Shown here: positions 10,836 through 19,053 of the stretch, in pieces
Numbering within the stretch: the stretch's first letter is position 1
How the letters are laid out: every line of letters starts with the position of its first letter
DNA from: a bacterium
GTDB lineage: Bacteria; Patescibacteriota; Saccharimonadia; Saccharimonadales; SZUA-47
DNA length: 64,000 nt
Assembly: GCA_043753565.1 (NCBI GenBank)
Contig: JAYUWM010000074.1
Coordinates: 25,273-89,272, forward strand
Direction of reading: 5' to 3'
Position numbers and translations under genes: made by a program
Notes under the pieces: model-generated
Told to the model about the DNA's origin: nothing
The model's database searches: none
The model's input: only the letters and a program-made list of their open reading frames with translations

Positions 10836-12659
10836 ATGCCACCAAATTTTTACGCAGGTCAAGCAGACTACATTACAGAATTAAATAAGCTAGCTACCGT
10901 TGCAGATATTGGCGGTATTACATCTAACGTCGCTTCTGCTGCTGCAAGTGCTACAGCAGCGGCAGCGTCCAATATTAATGCTGATACTGCAAGAGATGCG
11001 GCAGTGGTGGCACGCATCGCTGCAGAAACGGCTTTGGACAGCTTTGATGATCGGTATCTTGGACCAAAGGCTGCAGCTCCAACACTAGATAATGACGGGG
11101 TCGCACTGCTTGTAGGCGCACTTTACTTTGATACCGTGATCAACGGAGGTTCCATGCGTGCGTGGAACGGTACGAGTTGGGTAGGCTTTACAGCAGCTAC
11201 TAACGCATCCGCTGTGTCCAATACTCCGGCAGGTAATATCGCCGCGACCACAGTACAAACGGCACTTAATGAGCTGGACGTGGAGAAAGCTAATCTTGCT
11301 AGTCCCGCATTCACAGGTACAGTCAGTGGAATAACAAGCACAATGGTAGGCCTTGGAGCAGTTAACAACACTAGTGACTCTGCCAAACCAGTATCTACTG
11401 CTCAGGCAGCAGCGGATACTGCAGTACAATCTGCTGCTGCTACTGATGCCACTACTAAAGCTAATGCTGCACAAGCTGCTTCAGCTCCTGTAGCACACGT
11501 AGGCTCTAGTGGTACTTCACATGCTGTAGTATCTACTACAGTAGCAGGCTTTATGATTGCTGCTGATAAAGTAAAAATTGACGCCATAACTGGTACTAAT
11601 ACGGGCGATCAAACTACTATTACTGGTAATGCAGGTTCAGCTACGGTTCTTCAGACTACTAGGACTATCAATGGTGTAGCGTTTAACGGCTCAGCTAATA
11701 TTACTGTTAATGCTGTGGACGCTACCGCACGTATTGCTAGTTCTCTAATTGGTGCAGTTAGCGGCGTAGCCGCTTTAGATGCTACAGGCAAAGTTCCTGC
11801 AGCACAGCTGCCCTCATATGTAGATGATGTACTGGAATTCGCTAACCTCGCCGGATTTCCAGCTACAGGTGAGATAGGTAAAATATACGTAGCTATAGAT
11901 ACTAATAAGGCCTACCGTTGGTCTGGCACAGTATACGTCTACATTACTTCAGGAGCGGTAGATTCTGTAGCTGGTAAAACTGGCATTGTTACACTAGTCA
12001 AAGCTGATGTAGGTTTAAGTCTTGTTGATAATACGTCTGATGCCTCTAAGCCAGTATCTACTGCTCAAGCAACTGCGGATGCCCTTAAACAAGACCTAAG
12101 TGGTAAAGATGCTACAGGTGGTTATGCAGGCTTAACGCTGTTTAGGCTCAATCTTAAGAACGCGGCCAACACAATCACTAGTTGGTTTACTACTGCAGCT
12201 ACTGCAGCACGTACCTGGACTATGCCAGATAAAGATGGTACAGTAGCGATGACATCAGATATTACTGGTGTCAACTCAGGTACTAATACAGGTGACAATT
12301 CTGTTAATACTCTGTACTCAGGGTTAGTTAGTAACGCTACGCATACAGGCGATGCGACGGGCTCTACTATACTTACTATAGCAGCTGGTGTTGTTACCGA
12401 TGCTAAGCTGTCAGCAGTCAATACCGCAAGCATTAAAGGGCGAATATCTGCAGGAATTGGGGCTCCAGAGAACCTAACAGGAACGCAGACCACAACATTG
12501 CTCGATCCTTTTACTAGCACGCTTAAAGGTCTTGTTCCGGCGTCCGGAGGCGGTACAACTAACTTTTTGAGGGCTGACGGCACTTTCGCAACACCTGCTG
12601 GTGGCGGGGGCGGTGTCGCTACAGGATTCGAGACAAATTTTCTTTTAATGGGAGCGTAA
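10836..12659 (+). CDS. tail fibre protein
   Basis: Two NTSD(S/A).KPVSTAQA.AD fibre repeats, TGTNTGD motifs, TVQTALNELD, and C-terminal FLRADGTFATPAGGGGG. Composition turns GC-rich inside the gene. Confidence 0.75.
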   Translation: MPPNFYAGQADYITELNKLATVADIGGITSNVASAAASATAAAASNINADTARDAAVVARIAAETALDSFDDRYLGPKAAAPTLDNDGVALLVGALYFDTVINGGSMRAWNGTSWVGFTAATNASAVSNTPAGNIAATTVQTALNELDVEKANLASPAFTGTVSGITSTMVGLGAVNNTSDSAKPVSTAQAAADTAVQSAAATDATTKANAAQAASAPVAHVGSSGTSHAVVSTTVAGFMIAADKVKIDAITGTNTGDQTTITGNAGSATVLQTTRTINGVAFNGSANITVNAVDATARIASSLIGAVSGVAALDATGKVPAAQLPSYVDDVLEFANLAGFPATGEIGKIYVAIDTNKAYRWSGTVYVYITSGAVDSVAGKTGIVTLVKADVGLSLVDNTSDASKPVSTAQATADALKQDLSGKDATGGYAGLTLFRLNLKNAANTITSWFTTAATAARTWTMPDKDGTVAMTSDITGVNSGTNTGDNSVNTLYSGLVSNATHTGDATGSTILTIAAGVVTDAKLSAVNTASIKGRISAGIGAPENLTGTQTTTLLDPFTSTLKGLVPASGGGTTNFLRADGTFATPAGGGGGVATGFETNFLLMGA

Positions 12660-12660
12660 C

Positions 12661-12987
12661 ATGCCAAATTTATATAAAGTCCTTGGACAATCAAACCCAG
12701 CAGCGGCCACACTGACTACACTATACACAGTGCCTACAGCAACTTCGGCGGTCTGCTCTACTCTAGCAATCTGTAATCAAGGCGTTTCAACTTTATACCG
12801 AGTCGCAATTCGCCCAGCAGGAGCGCTCATTTCAGCTGCACACTATATTGTTTTCGATGCTGCGGTCGCTTCATTAGATACTGTTTTCCTTACGTTAGGC
12901 ACTACACTTGCAGCAACTGACGTTATTTCGGTACAAGCAGGTACAACAACAGTCAGCTTTAATCTTTCTGGCACGGAGATTACTTAA
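12661..12987 (+). CDS. small fibre-associated protein (hypothetical)
   Basis: 108 aa; starts 1 nt after the fibre stop and overlaps the next gene start (TAATG). Confidence 0.5.
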   Translation: MPNLYKVLGQSNPAAATLTTLYTVPTATSAVCSTLAICNQGVSTLYRVAIRPAGALISAAHYIVFDAAVASLDTVFLTLGTTLAATDVISVQAGTTTVSFNLSGTEIT

Positions 12988-15440
12988 TGAGTAGCCGCAC
13001 AGCGTCACGAAGCGGGCTTGTTGGAAAAAGCCTTTCTGTACCTTTCATCCATCCAAAGGGGGGAACCTCCAGTGCAGCATGGTACCGTGAACCTAGTTGG
13101 TTAGCACTACCTGACGTTACAGGGCTACAAAGACTTGTCGGTGTCGTTGCGATTTGGCCTGATTCGAACTTTCTTGCAGTGACATGCGCTGGGAGTCTTG
13201 GTTACCTGGTTGATTGGGGAGATGGCACGTCTTCCACAGTAGCCACAACAGTTCAAGCCGACAAACAGTACGATTTTAACTCTGTTTCTCTTGCAAATAC
13301 AAACGCACCCTGCACCTTGACAGATATAGGCGATTTGGTTACGCGTACTGCACACGGGTACACCAGCGGACAAACAGCAAAGTTTTTCAACATTTTAACG
13401 ACTACCGGGTTAACAGATAACTACACATACTTTGTTATCAACGCTACAGCAGACACTTTCCAAGTGGCGTTGACTCTAGGAGGTGCCGCGATTGCATTGA
13501 CACTTGATGGAACTGCGACACTGTTACCGTATAAGCAAGCTATAGTAAGTATAACACCTCAAAGCACAGGGACGTTAACATCACTGAATTTGAACGTAAA
13601 ACATGCAGCAATTGGTGGAAGTATTTTACCTGCGTACACAGCTGGCTGGCTGGATATAGCTATTGCTGGAACGAGTTTAGCTACTTTAACTATTGGGGGC
13701 GTTACTGTATATCAAGGGGATCTAGAACAGGTTAAGATAGTTGGTGGTAATAGCATCACGTCCATGGCCACTATGTTCAGTAACTGCTACTCCTTACAGT
13801 CAGTACCACTGTTCAGTACAGCGGGTGTAACGAATATGGTTAGTATGTTCCTTAACTGCTACTCCTTACAGTCTGTACCGCTATTCAATACAGGGGCTGT
13901 AACGAGTATGGCTAGCATGTTCAACGCCTGCTCCTCCTTACAGTCTGTACCACTGTTCAGTACAGCGGGTGTAACGAATATGGCTAGTATGTTCAACGCC
14001 TGCTACTCCTTACAGTCAGTACCGCTATTCAATACAGTGGCTGTAACGAGTATGTCTAGTATATTCAGTAGCTGCCCTTTATTACAGTCAGTACCTCTGT
14101 TTAATACAGCGGCTGTAACGAGTATGTCTAGTATGTTCAGTAGCTGCTCCTCACTACAGTCAGTACCGCTATTCAATACAGCGGGTGTAACGAATATGGT
14201 TAGTATGTTCATTAACTGCTACTCCTTACAGTCTGTACCGCTATTCAATACAGGGGCTGTAACGAGTATGGCTAGCATGTTCAACGCCTGCTCCTCACTA
14301 CAGTCAGTACCATTGTTTAATACAGCGGCTGTAACGAGTATGACTAGTATGTTCGCTAACTGCCCATCCTTACAGTCAGTACCACTGTTTAATACAGCGG
14401 TTGTAACGAATATGTCTAACATGTTCAACGCCTGCTTCTCTTTACAATCAGTACCTCTCTTCAATACAGGGGCTGTAACGACTATGTCTACTATGTTCAG
14501 TGGTGGCTGCTTCTCCTTACAGTCTGTACCACTGTTCAATACAGTAGCAGTTACCGATATGACCAGCATGTTCAGTAACTGCTCCTCCCTACAGTCAGTA
14601 CCGCTGTTCAATACAGCGGCTGTAACGAGTATGTCCACTATGTTCAACTCCTGTCCCTCCTTACAGTCAGTACCACTGTTCAATACAGCGGCTGTAACGA
14701 GTATGACTAACATGTTCAACACCTGTAGGTCTTTACAGTCAGTACCGCTGTTCAATGCAGGATTGATAGGATTTGCAACTGGCATGTTTTCAAACTCCAC
14801 TCAATTAGCTGTAGGCAGGTTGAATAATTTAAAAGTTGCTATCAGCTACGCAGGGTGTAAGTTATCTAAAACCGCCTTGGAAGATATTTTCAATGGGCTT
14901 GGAAAAGCATCAGGTGCACAGACATTTACCATCGGAACAAACTGGGGGGCAGCCCCTGTAGTATCTCTTTCTGGAACTACTACAGAGGGCTCTCTCACTG
15001 TGACAATGGCAAGCACTACAGGAATTGCAGTTGGGATGCAAGTAACTGGGACCAACTCTCCACTGACAAAAGATGGAGCCGTATCACTACAAGACGCGGG
15101 AGACACTGTTACGCGAGCTAGTCACCTACTACTAAATGGTACTGAAGTTTCGTTTGCAACCATTGTTAATACTACTGGTATTGCTACATTTACCCCATAC
15201 TTTGTTATCAACGCCACAGTAAATACTTTCCAAGTGGCACTGACTGCAGGAGGTGCCGCAATTGCGTTGACCCTTGACGGTACGGGTTCAATTCTGTATC
15301 GAACAGTGGTTGAGGCTATCAACCCAAACGTATCTGTAACGCTTTCGCGCCCCGCCACAGCAAGCGGATTGACAACGCTTACCTATCGTCAGTTAACAAC
15401 AGGAACGGCTATTCTTAAAGGCTGGACTGTTTCAGGATAA
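12987..15440 (+). CDS. BspA-like leucine-rich-repeat (DUF285-type) adhesin / receptor-binding protein
   Basis: 14 tandem 24-aa units xCxSLQSVPLFNTxxVTxMxxMFx, flanked by two paralogous ~68-aa domains (aa 113-180 and 703-770). Confidence 0.8.
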   Translation: MSSRTASRSGLVGKSLSVPFIHPKGGTSSAAWYREPSWLALPDVTGLQRLVGVVAIWPDSNFLAVTCAGSLGYLVDWGDGTSSTVATTVQADKQYDFNSVSLANTNAPCTLTDIGDLVTRTAHGYTSGQTAKFFNILTTTGLTDNYTYFVINATADTFQVALTLGGAAIALTLDGTATLLPYKQAIVSITPQSTGTLTSLNLNVKHAAIGGSILPAYTAGWLDIAIAGTSLATLTIGGVTVYQGDLEQVKIVGGNSITSMATMFSNCYSLQSVPLFSTAGVTNMVSMFLNCYSLQSVPLFNTGAVTSMASMFNACSSLQSVPLFSTAGVTNMASMFNACYSLQSVPLFNTVAVTSMSSIFSSCPLLQSVPLFNTAAVTSMSSMFSSCSSLQSVPLFNTAGVTNMVSMFINCYSLQSVPLFNTGAVTSMASMFNACSSLQSVPLFNTAAVTSMTSMFANCPSLQSVPLFNTAVVTNMSNMFNACFSLQSVPLFNTGAVTTMSTMFSGGCFSLQSVPLFNTVAVTDMTSMFSNCSSLQSVPLFNTAAVTSMSTMFNSCPSLQSVPLFNTAAVTSMTNMFNTCRSLQSVPLFNAGLIGFATGMFSNSTQLAVGRLNNLKVAISYAGCKLSKTALEDIFNGLGKASGAQTFTIGTNWGAAPVVSLSGTTTEGSLTVTMASTTGIAVGMQVTGTNSPLTKDGAVSLQDAGDTVTRASHLLLNGTEVSFATIVNTTGIATFTPYFVINATVNTFQVALTAGGAAIALTLDGTGSILYRTVVEAINPNVSVTLSRPATASGLTTLTYRQLTTGTAILKGWTVSG
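13323..13526 (+). repeat. intragenic domain duplication, copy 1
   Basis: Encodes DIGDLVTRTAHGY...YFVINATADTFQVALTLGGAAIALTLDGTATLL. The paralogous copy is at 15093-15296. Confidence 0.8.
13753..14797 (+). repeat. 14 x 72-bp coding tandem repeat (LRR units)
   Basis: Periodic ...tccttacagtcagtaccgctgttcaatacagcggctgtaacgagtatg... Segments 13821-13936 and 14181-14296 differ at one base. Confidence 0.9.
15093..15296 (+). repeat. intragenic domain duplication, copy 2
   Basis: Encodes DAGDTVTRASH...YFVINATVNTFQVALTAGGAAIALTLDGTGSIL. Confidence 0.8.
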
Positions 15441-15445
15441 TCATT

Positions 15446-15622
15446 ATGCCATTTTTCAAAATAGACAATGCTGAAATTGAAGAAACTACCCACATTGACG
15501 GGCCTGGATTCAGTCTTTCGGAGGCCGGAAAGACTGATTACATTTACCCTATAGAAGGGTGGTATTGGTTTGCTTCGGTGACTGATAGTAGAGTCTTCTT
15601 TAACTTGCCCGAACCTGCGTAA
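15446..15622 (+). CDS. small hypothetical protein (58 aa)
   Basis: ATG 15446 lies 6 nt after the LRR gene stop: MPFFKIDNAEIEE...EGWYWFASVTD... Below the ORF-track cutoff. Confidence 0.45.
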   Translation: MPFFKIDNAEIEETTHIDGPGFSLSEAGKTDYIYPIEGWYWFASVTDSRVFFNLPEPA

Positions 15623-15624
15623 AT

Positions 15625-15660
15625 AAAAATGCTCTGCGTATTTTTAGGCAGGGCATTTTT
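15625..15660 (+). terminator. rho-independent terminator
   Basis: Stem aaaaatgctctgc/gcagggcattttt ending in a T-run. Confidence 0.7.
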
Positions 15661-15664
15661 ACTC

Positions 15665-15693
15665 TTGACCCTAAACTGCGTTTGTGGTATAAT
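15665..15693 (+). promoter_or_regulatory. sigma70-type promoter (TTGACC-17-TGgTATAAT)
   Basis: -35 at 15665-15670, -10 at 15688-15693, with an extended -10 TG. Confidence 0.7.
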
Positions 15694-15784
15694 ATACCAG
15701 GCCTAGTAATAAGGTATATTATACAGCTTCTCAACACTGATACTTAGGTGTTCAACATATTTTTTACTGTACGAGGTTACTAAC

Positions 15785-17011
15785 ATGGCATTTGACCCAC
15801 TAAAACCAGCAACAACTGATAACTTCCTAACAGACTTTACACAAGGTATTAAGGCCAACTCAGTAGCATTAGCTCAGTGGCTTGACAGTACGAATGTGAC
15901 CATTACAGGCGCGACTCCTCCTTTTGCCAAGCGATACAATAGAGCTAGTGGCTTTATTGAGGAGTACAGTGGTACGGTGTGGGGTACCCTTACTGTGAAC
16001 ATCCCCGGAAATGCTGCAACTGCTACGAATGCAGTTAATGCTGTTAATGCCACGAATGCAGTTAACTCCACGAATGCAGTTAACTCTACGAATGCCACTA
16101 ATGCTGTCACAGCCACCAACCTAGCCGCAGGTGCAGCAGGCACAATCCCCTGGCAGTCCGCACCCGGCACTACTCTGTTTACTGTGGCAGGTACAGCTGG
16201 TATGGTATTAGTATCAAATGGAGCAGGTGCACCCACTTGGACGTCTGCCCCTACTTTCTCAGCTCCTACGCTTGGAACACCTGTATCTGGCAACCTTGTC
16301 AATTGTTCGATCCCATACTCACAATTGACTGGCACTATTCCAATTTGGAATCAAAGTACCACAGGCACCGCTGCAAGCGCAGACACGGCAGCTGCCTGCA
16401 CAGGCAACGCAGCCACGGCAACTACCTCTAATGGCTCATTCCGGTCCATACAGGTCTTTACAGCTTCTGGAACGTATACCAAGCCTGCCGGGCTGGTGCG
16501 GGCGAAGATTACTGTGGTGGGCGGCGGCGGCGGAGGTTCTGGTGCAAACGGAACCCCCTCTAGCGGCGGAGGAGGCGGAGGTACGGCTATCAGGGTACTT
16601 TCTGCTTCAAGTATTGGGACAACTGAAACTATCACTATTGGTGGCGGAGGAGGAGGAGGCTCCGCTGGATCTCCCGGTGGTGGCGACGCATACTCCCCTA
16701 TTCCGCCTGTCCCGGCTGGCGGCGGAGGCGGCGCTGGCACTTCCTCTATGGGCACACTGGCGTCTGCAACAGGAGGGGGTGCAGGAAACCCCGCTAGCGG
16801 AGGAGCTGGCGGGGGTACAGGCACGTCAGGAAATATAAATCTTGGCGGGGGCGGCGGGGGTCCTACTGGAGGATCCAGTTTTATGGGTGGTGGCGGCCCA
16901 GTAAACGGCGGCCCGGGTAGAGCCTTCGGCGGAGGCGGTGGAGGCTCTCTTGCCTATACCAGTGGCGGAGCCGGCGCAGCCGGCGTAGTATTTATTGAGG
17001 AGTTCTTCTAA
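15785..17011 (+). CDS. glycine-rich fibre-like structural protein
   Basis: N-terminal fibre-like region, (T/S)NAVN(A/S) hexapeptide repeats, then FTASGTYTKPAGLVRAKITVVGGGGGGSG and long poly-Gly blocks. Confidence 0.7.
   Translation: MAFDPLKPATTDNFLTDFTQGIKANSVALAQWLDSTNVTITGATPPFAKRYNRASGFIEEYSGTVWGTLTVNIPGNAATATNAVNAVNATNAVNSTNAVNSTNATNAVTATNLAAGAAGTIPWQSAPGTTLFTVAGTAGMVLVSNGAGAPTWTSAPTFSAPTLGTPVSGNLVNCSIPYSQLTGTIPIWNQSTTGTAASADTAAACTGNAATATTSNGSFRSIQVFTASGTYTKPAGLVRAKITVVGGGGGGSGANGTPSSGGGGGGTAIRVLSASSIGTTETITIGGGGGGGSAGSPGGGDAYSPIPPVPAGGGGGAGTSSMGTLASATGGGAGNPASGGAGGGTGTSGNINLGGGGGGPTGGSSFMGGGGPVNGGPGRAFGGGGGGSLAYTSGGAGAAGVVFIEEFF
16021..16110 (+). repeat. 18-bp coding tandem repeats (NAVNxT hexapeptides)
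   Basis: acgaatgcagttaa(c/t)nc(c/t) iterated about 5 times. Confidence 0.75.
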
Positions 17012-17451
17012 TGAAAAAAGTATTGATTTTTGAAAACAAAATCCACGACATTGTTGAAGTAGGGGCCGAGTTTCCGGTAGCCCGGGAAATGAAGTGGGTT
17101 GATGCGCCAGATACTGTAGACAGCGCCACACACGAATTCAATGGCAAGGCATTCGACCTTAAACTCATTCTAGTGACACCTCCTGTGCAAGCCTTCGTGG
17201 CAACCCTTGCGCCGTTAGACTTTCTTGAGCGATTCACGCTTACAGAGCAGCTTGCCATTACGACTGCAGCAATGCAGTCTCCCATGGTGCGCTTGTGGTA
17301 CGACAAGATGATTGCTGCACGCAGTATCGACGTTGCGGATGCTCGCGTAATTGCCGGTCTGGACGCGCTGATTGCAGCAGGCCTGCTATCAGCTTCACGC
17401 AAATCTGTGCTGTTGATACCCGCGGGCCAAATCCCAGTGGCCCTGCTATGA
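17011..17451 (+). CDS. hypothetical protein (cassette gene 2)
   Basis: 146 aa; TAATG overlap upstream and ATGA overlap downstream. Confidence 0.55.
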   Translation: MKKVLIFENKIHDIVEVGAEFPVAREMKWVDAPDTVDSATHEFNGKAFDLKLILVTPPVQAFVATLAPLDFLERFTLTEQLAITTAAMQSPMVRLWYDKMIAARSIDVADARVIAGLDALIAAGLLSASRKSVLLIPAGQIPVALL

Positions 17452-17837
17452 CGCAACCCGTAATTGCCTTAGGGTGCGTTGCAAACCTATTTTCCCGCAT
17501 GATGCGCTTTACCTACGCAGGGGATACAGAGCAAGGACATACGCACAATTTTGACCACCTTACGCTCCTTGCCAAAGGGAAGCTAAAGGTCACTGTCGAA
17601 GGCATGGCAACGGAGTTCAACGCGCCCCAGATGATTTACATCAAGGCCGACAAGAACCACGAACTTGTCGCCCTTGAGGACGACACACTGGCCTACTGCA
17701 TTCATGCCCTGCGTACAAAAGACGGCTCGGACATTCTTGACCCTGCCATGATTCCTGCGGGTGTTAATCCACTAGGTCTGGCCCAACCTATTTGTACTAT
17801 CACTACTGAAATTAATGTACCCAGCGTTGTTCTCTAA
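17448..17837 (+). CDS. cupin-like small protein (putative)
   Basis: Start trimmed to ATG 17448 (ATGA overlap with upstream stop). G-H-T-H-N-F-D-H plus a beta-rich region resembles a cupin metal site. Confidence 0.5.
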   Translation: MTQPVIALGCVANLFSRMMRFTYAGDTEQGHTHNFDHLTLLAKGKLKVTVEGMATEFNAPQMIYIKADKNHELVALEDDTLAYCIHALRTKDGSDILDPAMIPAGVNPLGLAQPICTITTEINVPSVVL

Positions 17838-17873
17838 CAGCTACGTATACTCATTGGCTCAGAAAGACGTCTT

Positions 17874-18341
17874 ATGAAAATCGTTTTTATTTACGGCAAC
17901 CATCTGAGCGCCCGTCTAACCAAGTTATTCACCGGCTCAACCTGCTACCACATTGGCTTTACTGACGGCATCAAGTTTTGGGACATGCACAAAATACGTC
18001 GTCGCCGCTTGTGGGACGGGCTGTACCCACCTGCTCGCTACCTGCTGGCTGATTGCCCAGTGCCCGTCACGGCTGAGTACCTTGACCACAAACTGGACAC
18101 CGACAACAGCACCTATGGCTACATCGATTATTTGCTGTTCGGCCTGCGCGGGTTTTACCACTTGGTGGGCAAGTCAACACGCAATGCCGGTGGCGTGATC
18201 TGCTCGGAGATGGTAGCCGACGACTTGGCAGCTTGCGGCTGGACAAAGCGGTTCTACGAAGTGCCTTCGCCCGCTGATTTGGAAGTATCTGTGCTGGGGC
18301 GAATAGACTACATGGCTAGAGATGTAGCTACCCGACCCTAA
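17874..18341 (+). CDS. permuted papain-fold (YiiX/LRAT-like) hydrolase, putative
   Basis: 155 aa with His (TCYHIGF) upstream of Cys (GGVICSEMV). Assignment from motif memory only. Confidence 0.35.
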   Translation: MKIVFIYGNHLSARLTKLFTGSTCYHIGFTDGIKFWDMHKIRRRRLWDGLYPPARYLLADCPVPVTAEYLDHKLDTDNSTYGYIDYLLFGLRGFYHLVGKSTRNAGGVICSEMVADDLAACGWTKRFYEVPSPADLEVSVLGRIDYMARDVATRP

Positions 18342-18359
18342 ACTGTTAAAACCGTAAAT

Positions 18360-18395
18360 AAAAATGCCCTGCTTATTTTTAGGCAAGGCATTTTT
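18360..18395 (+). terminator. rho-independent terminator
   Basis: Stem aaaaatgccctgc/gcaaggcattttt with a T-run. Confidence 0.65.
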
Positions 18396-18399
18396 ACTC

Positions 18400-18428
18400 T
18401 TGACCCTAAACTGCGTTTGTGGTATAAT
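18400..18428 (+). promoter_or_regulatory. sigma70-type promoter (TTGACC-17-TATAAT)
   Basis: -35 at 18400-18405, -10 at 18423-18428. Confidence 0.7.
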
Positions 18429-18506
18429 ATAGCAACCCTAGTAATAAGGTATAAATTTTCACAATATATAAGATAGGCTCTATCTTATTTTTATAAGGGC
18501 TTTCTT

Positions 18507-18863
18507 ATGGAAGTTACTAACCTAGCCCAAGTATTAGGCATTTTAATTGCATTTTTAGGTATTATAGCTTTCGGGCTACAAACTATTATGAAAAACTGGA
18601 AAAGTAGCTCTACTGAGTCTTCTCTGTTAACGCTTATGCATGGCGAACTAGAACGTATGTCTAGTCAAAATACTACTTTATCTAATGAAATTGGTAAGCT
18701 ACAAGTTGAACTAATTAAGCTTAGTAACCAGCTGTCTAGACTGAATGTAGAGAATCAAAAACTACAAGAAGAGGTAGCCATGCTAAATAAGGAAATCTCT
18801 AGACTGCACACTATTATGCTACGCCAAACAGTGGAATTTCCAGATGTACTCAAAAAAGATTGA
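18507..18863 (+). CDS. membrane-anchored coiled-coil protein
   Basis: N-terminal TM segment (LGILIAFLGIIAFGL) followed by heptad-rich LQVELIKLSNQLSRLNVENQKLQEEV. Confidence 0.55.
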   Translation: MEVTNLAQVLGILIAFLGIIAFGLQTIMKNWKSSSTESSLLTLMHGELERMSSQNTTLSNEIGKLQVELIKLSNQLSRLNVENQKLQEEVAMLNKEISRLHTIMLRQTVEFPDVLKKD

Positions 18864-19053
18864 GCTTGTATCTAAATATCTAGTATATAAGGGCGAAGCT
18901 TTATTAGGTAGCTCGGAAGATGCGCCCGTATGGAGAATACGCAGAATCTTAATAGATGTTAGTGGAGTAGAAACTACTGAATGTATTTATAATTCCAAAT
19001 GGAAAGATAGGTACTGCTTACCTTACGGAGACATACAATGTCCGCGACTATAA
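18844..19053 (+). CDS. hypothetical protein
   Basis: 69-aa ORF overlapping neighbours by 20 and 16 nt. Confidence 0.4.
   Translation: MYSKKIELVSKYLVYKGEALLGSSEDAPVWRIRRILIDVSGVETTECIYNSKWKDRYCLPYGDIQCPRL

Larger units (their letters stand above)
15621..15718 (+). repeat. 98-bp terminator-promoter module, copy 1
   Basis: Near-identical to 18356-18453 (a few mismatches). Confidence 0.9.
10900..18355. other. GC-rich compositional island (fibre/adhesin module)
   Basis: By eye much more GC-rich than the AT-rich flanks. The right edge is sharp, at repeat copy 2. GC content was not computed. Confidence 0.6.
18356..18453 (+). repeat. 98-bp terminator-promoter module, copy 2
   Basis: Direct repeat of 15621-15718. 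Confidence 0.9.

Noticed and set aside
13753-14797. Regularly spaced 72-bp repeats that could superficially resemble a CRISPR array.
   Set aside because: There are no unique spacers. The units are contiguous, in frame and encode a 24-aa LRR motif inside a long ORF.
14003-14800. Antisense ORFs (69 aa and 193 aa) with their own periodic repeats.
   Set aside because: They mirror the 72-bp LRR coding repeats of 12987..15440. The sense frame gives the well-formed LRR consensus.
16351-16824. 157-aa Pro-rich ORF (minus strand) and 135-aa ORF 16431..16838 (+, other frame).
   Set aside because: They are mirror or shifted readings of the GGN-rich glycine-block gene 15785..17011 (GGC/GGA read as Pro/Ala/Arg). 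Neither has an independent start context.
17295-17447. Upstream 51 codons of track ORF 17295..17837.
   Set aside because: They overlap gene 17011..17451 in another frame with an Arg/Cys-rich nonsense-like sequence. ATG 17448 forms an ATGA junction with the upstream stop.
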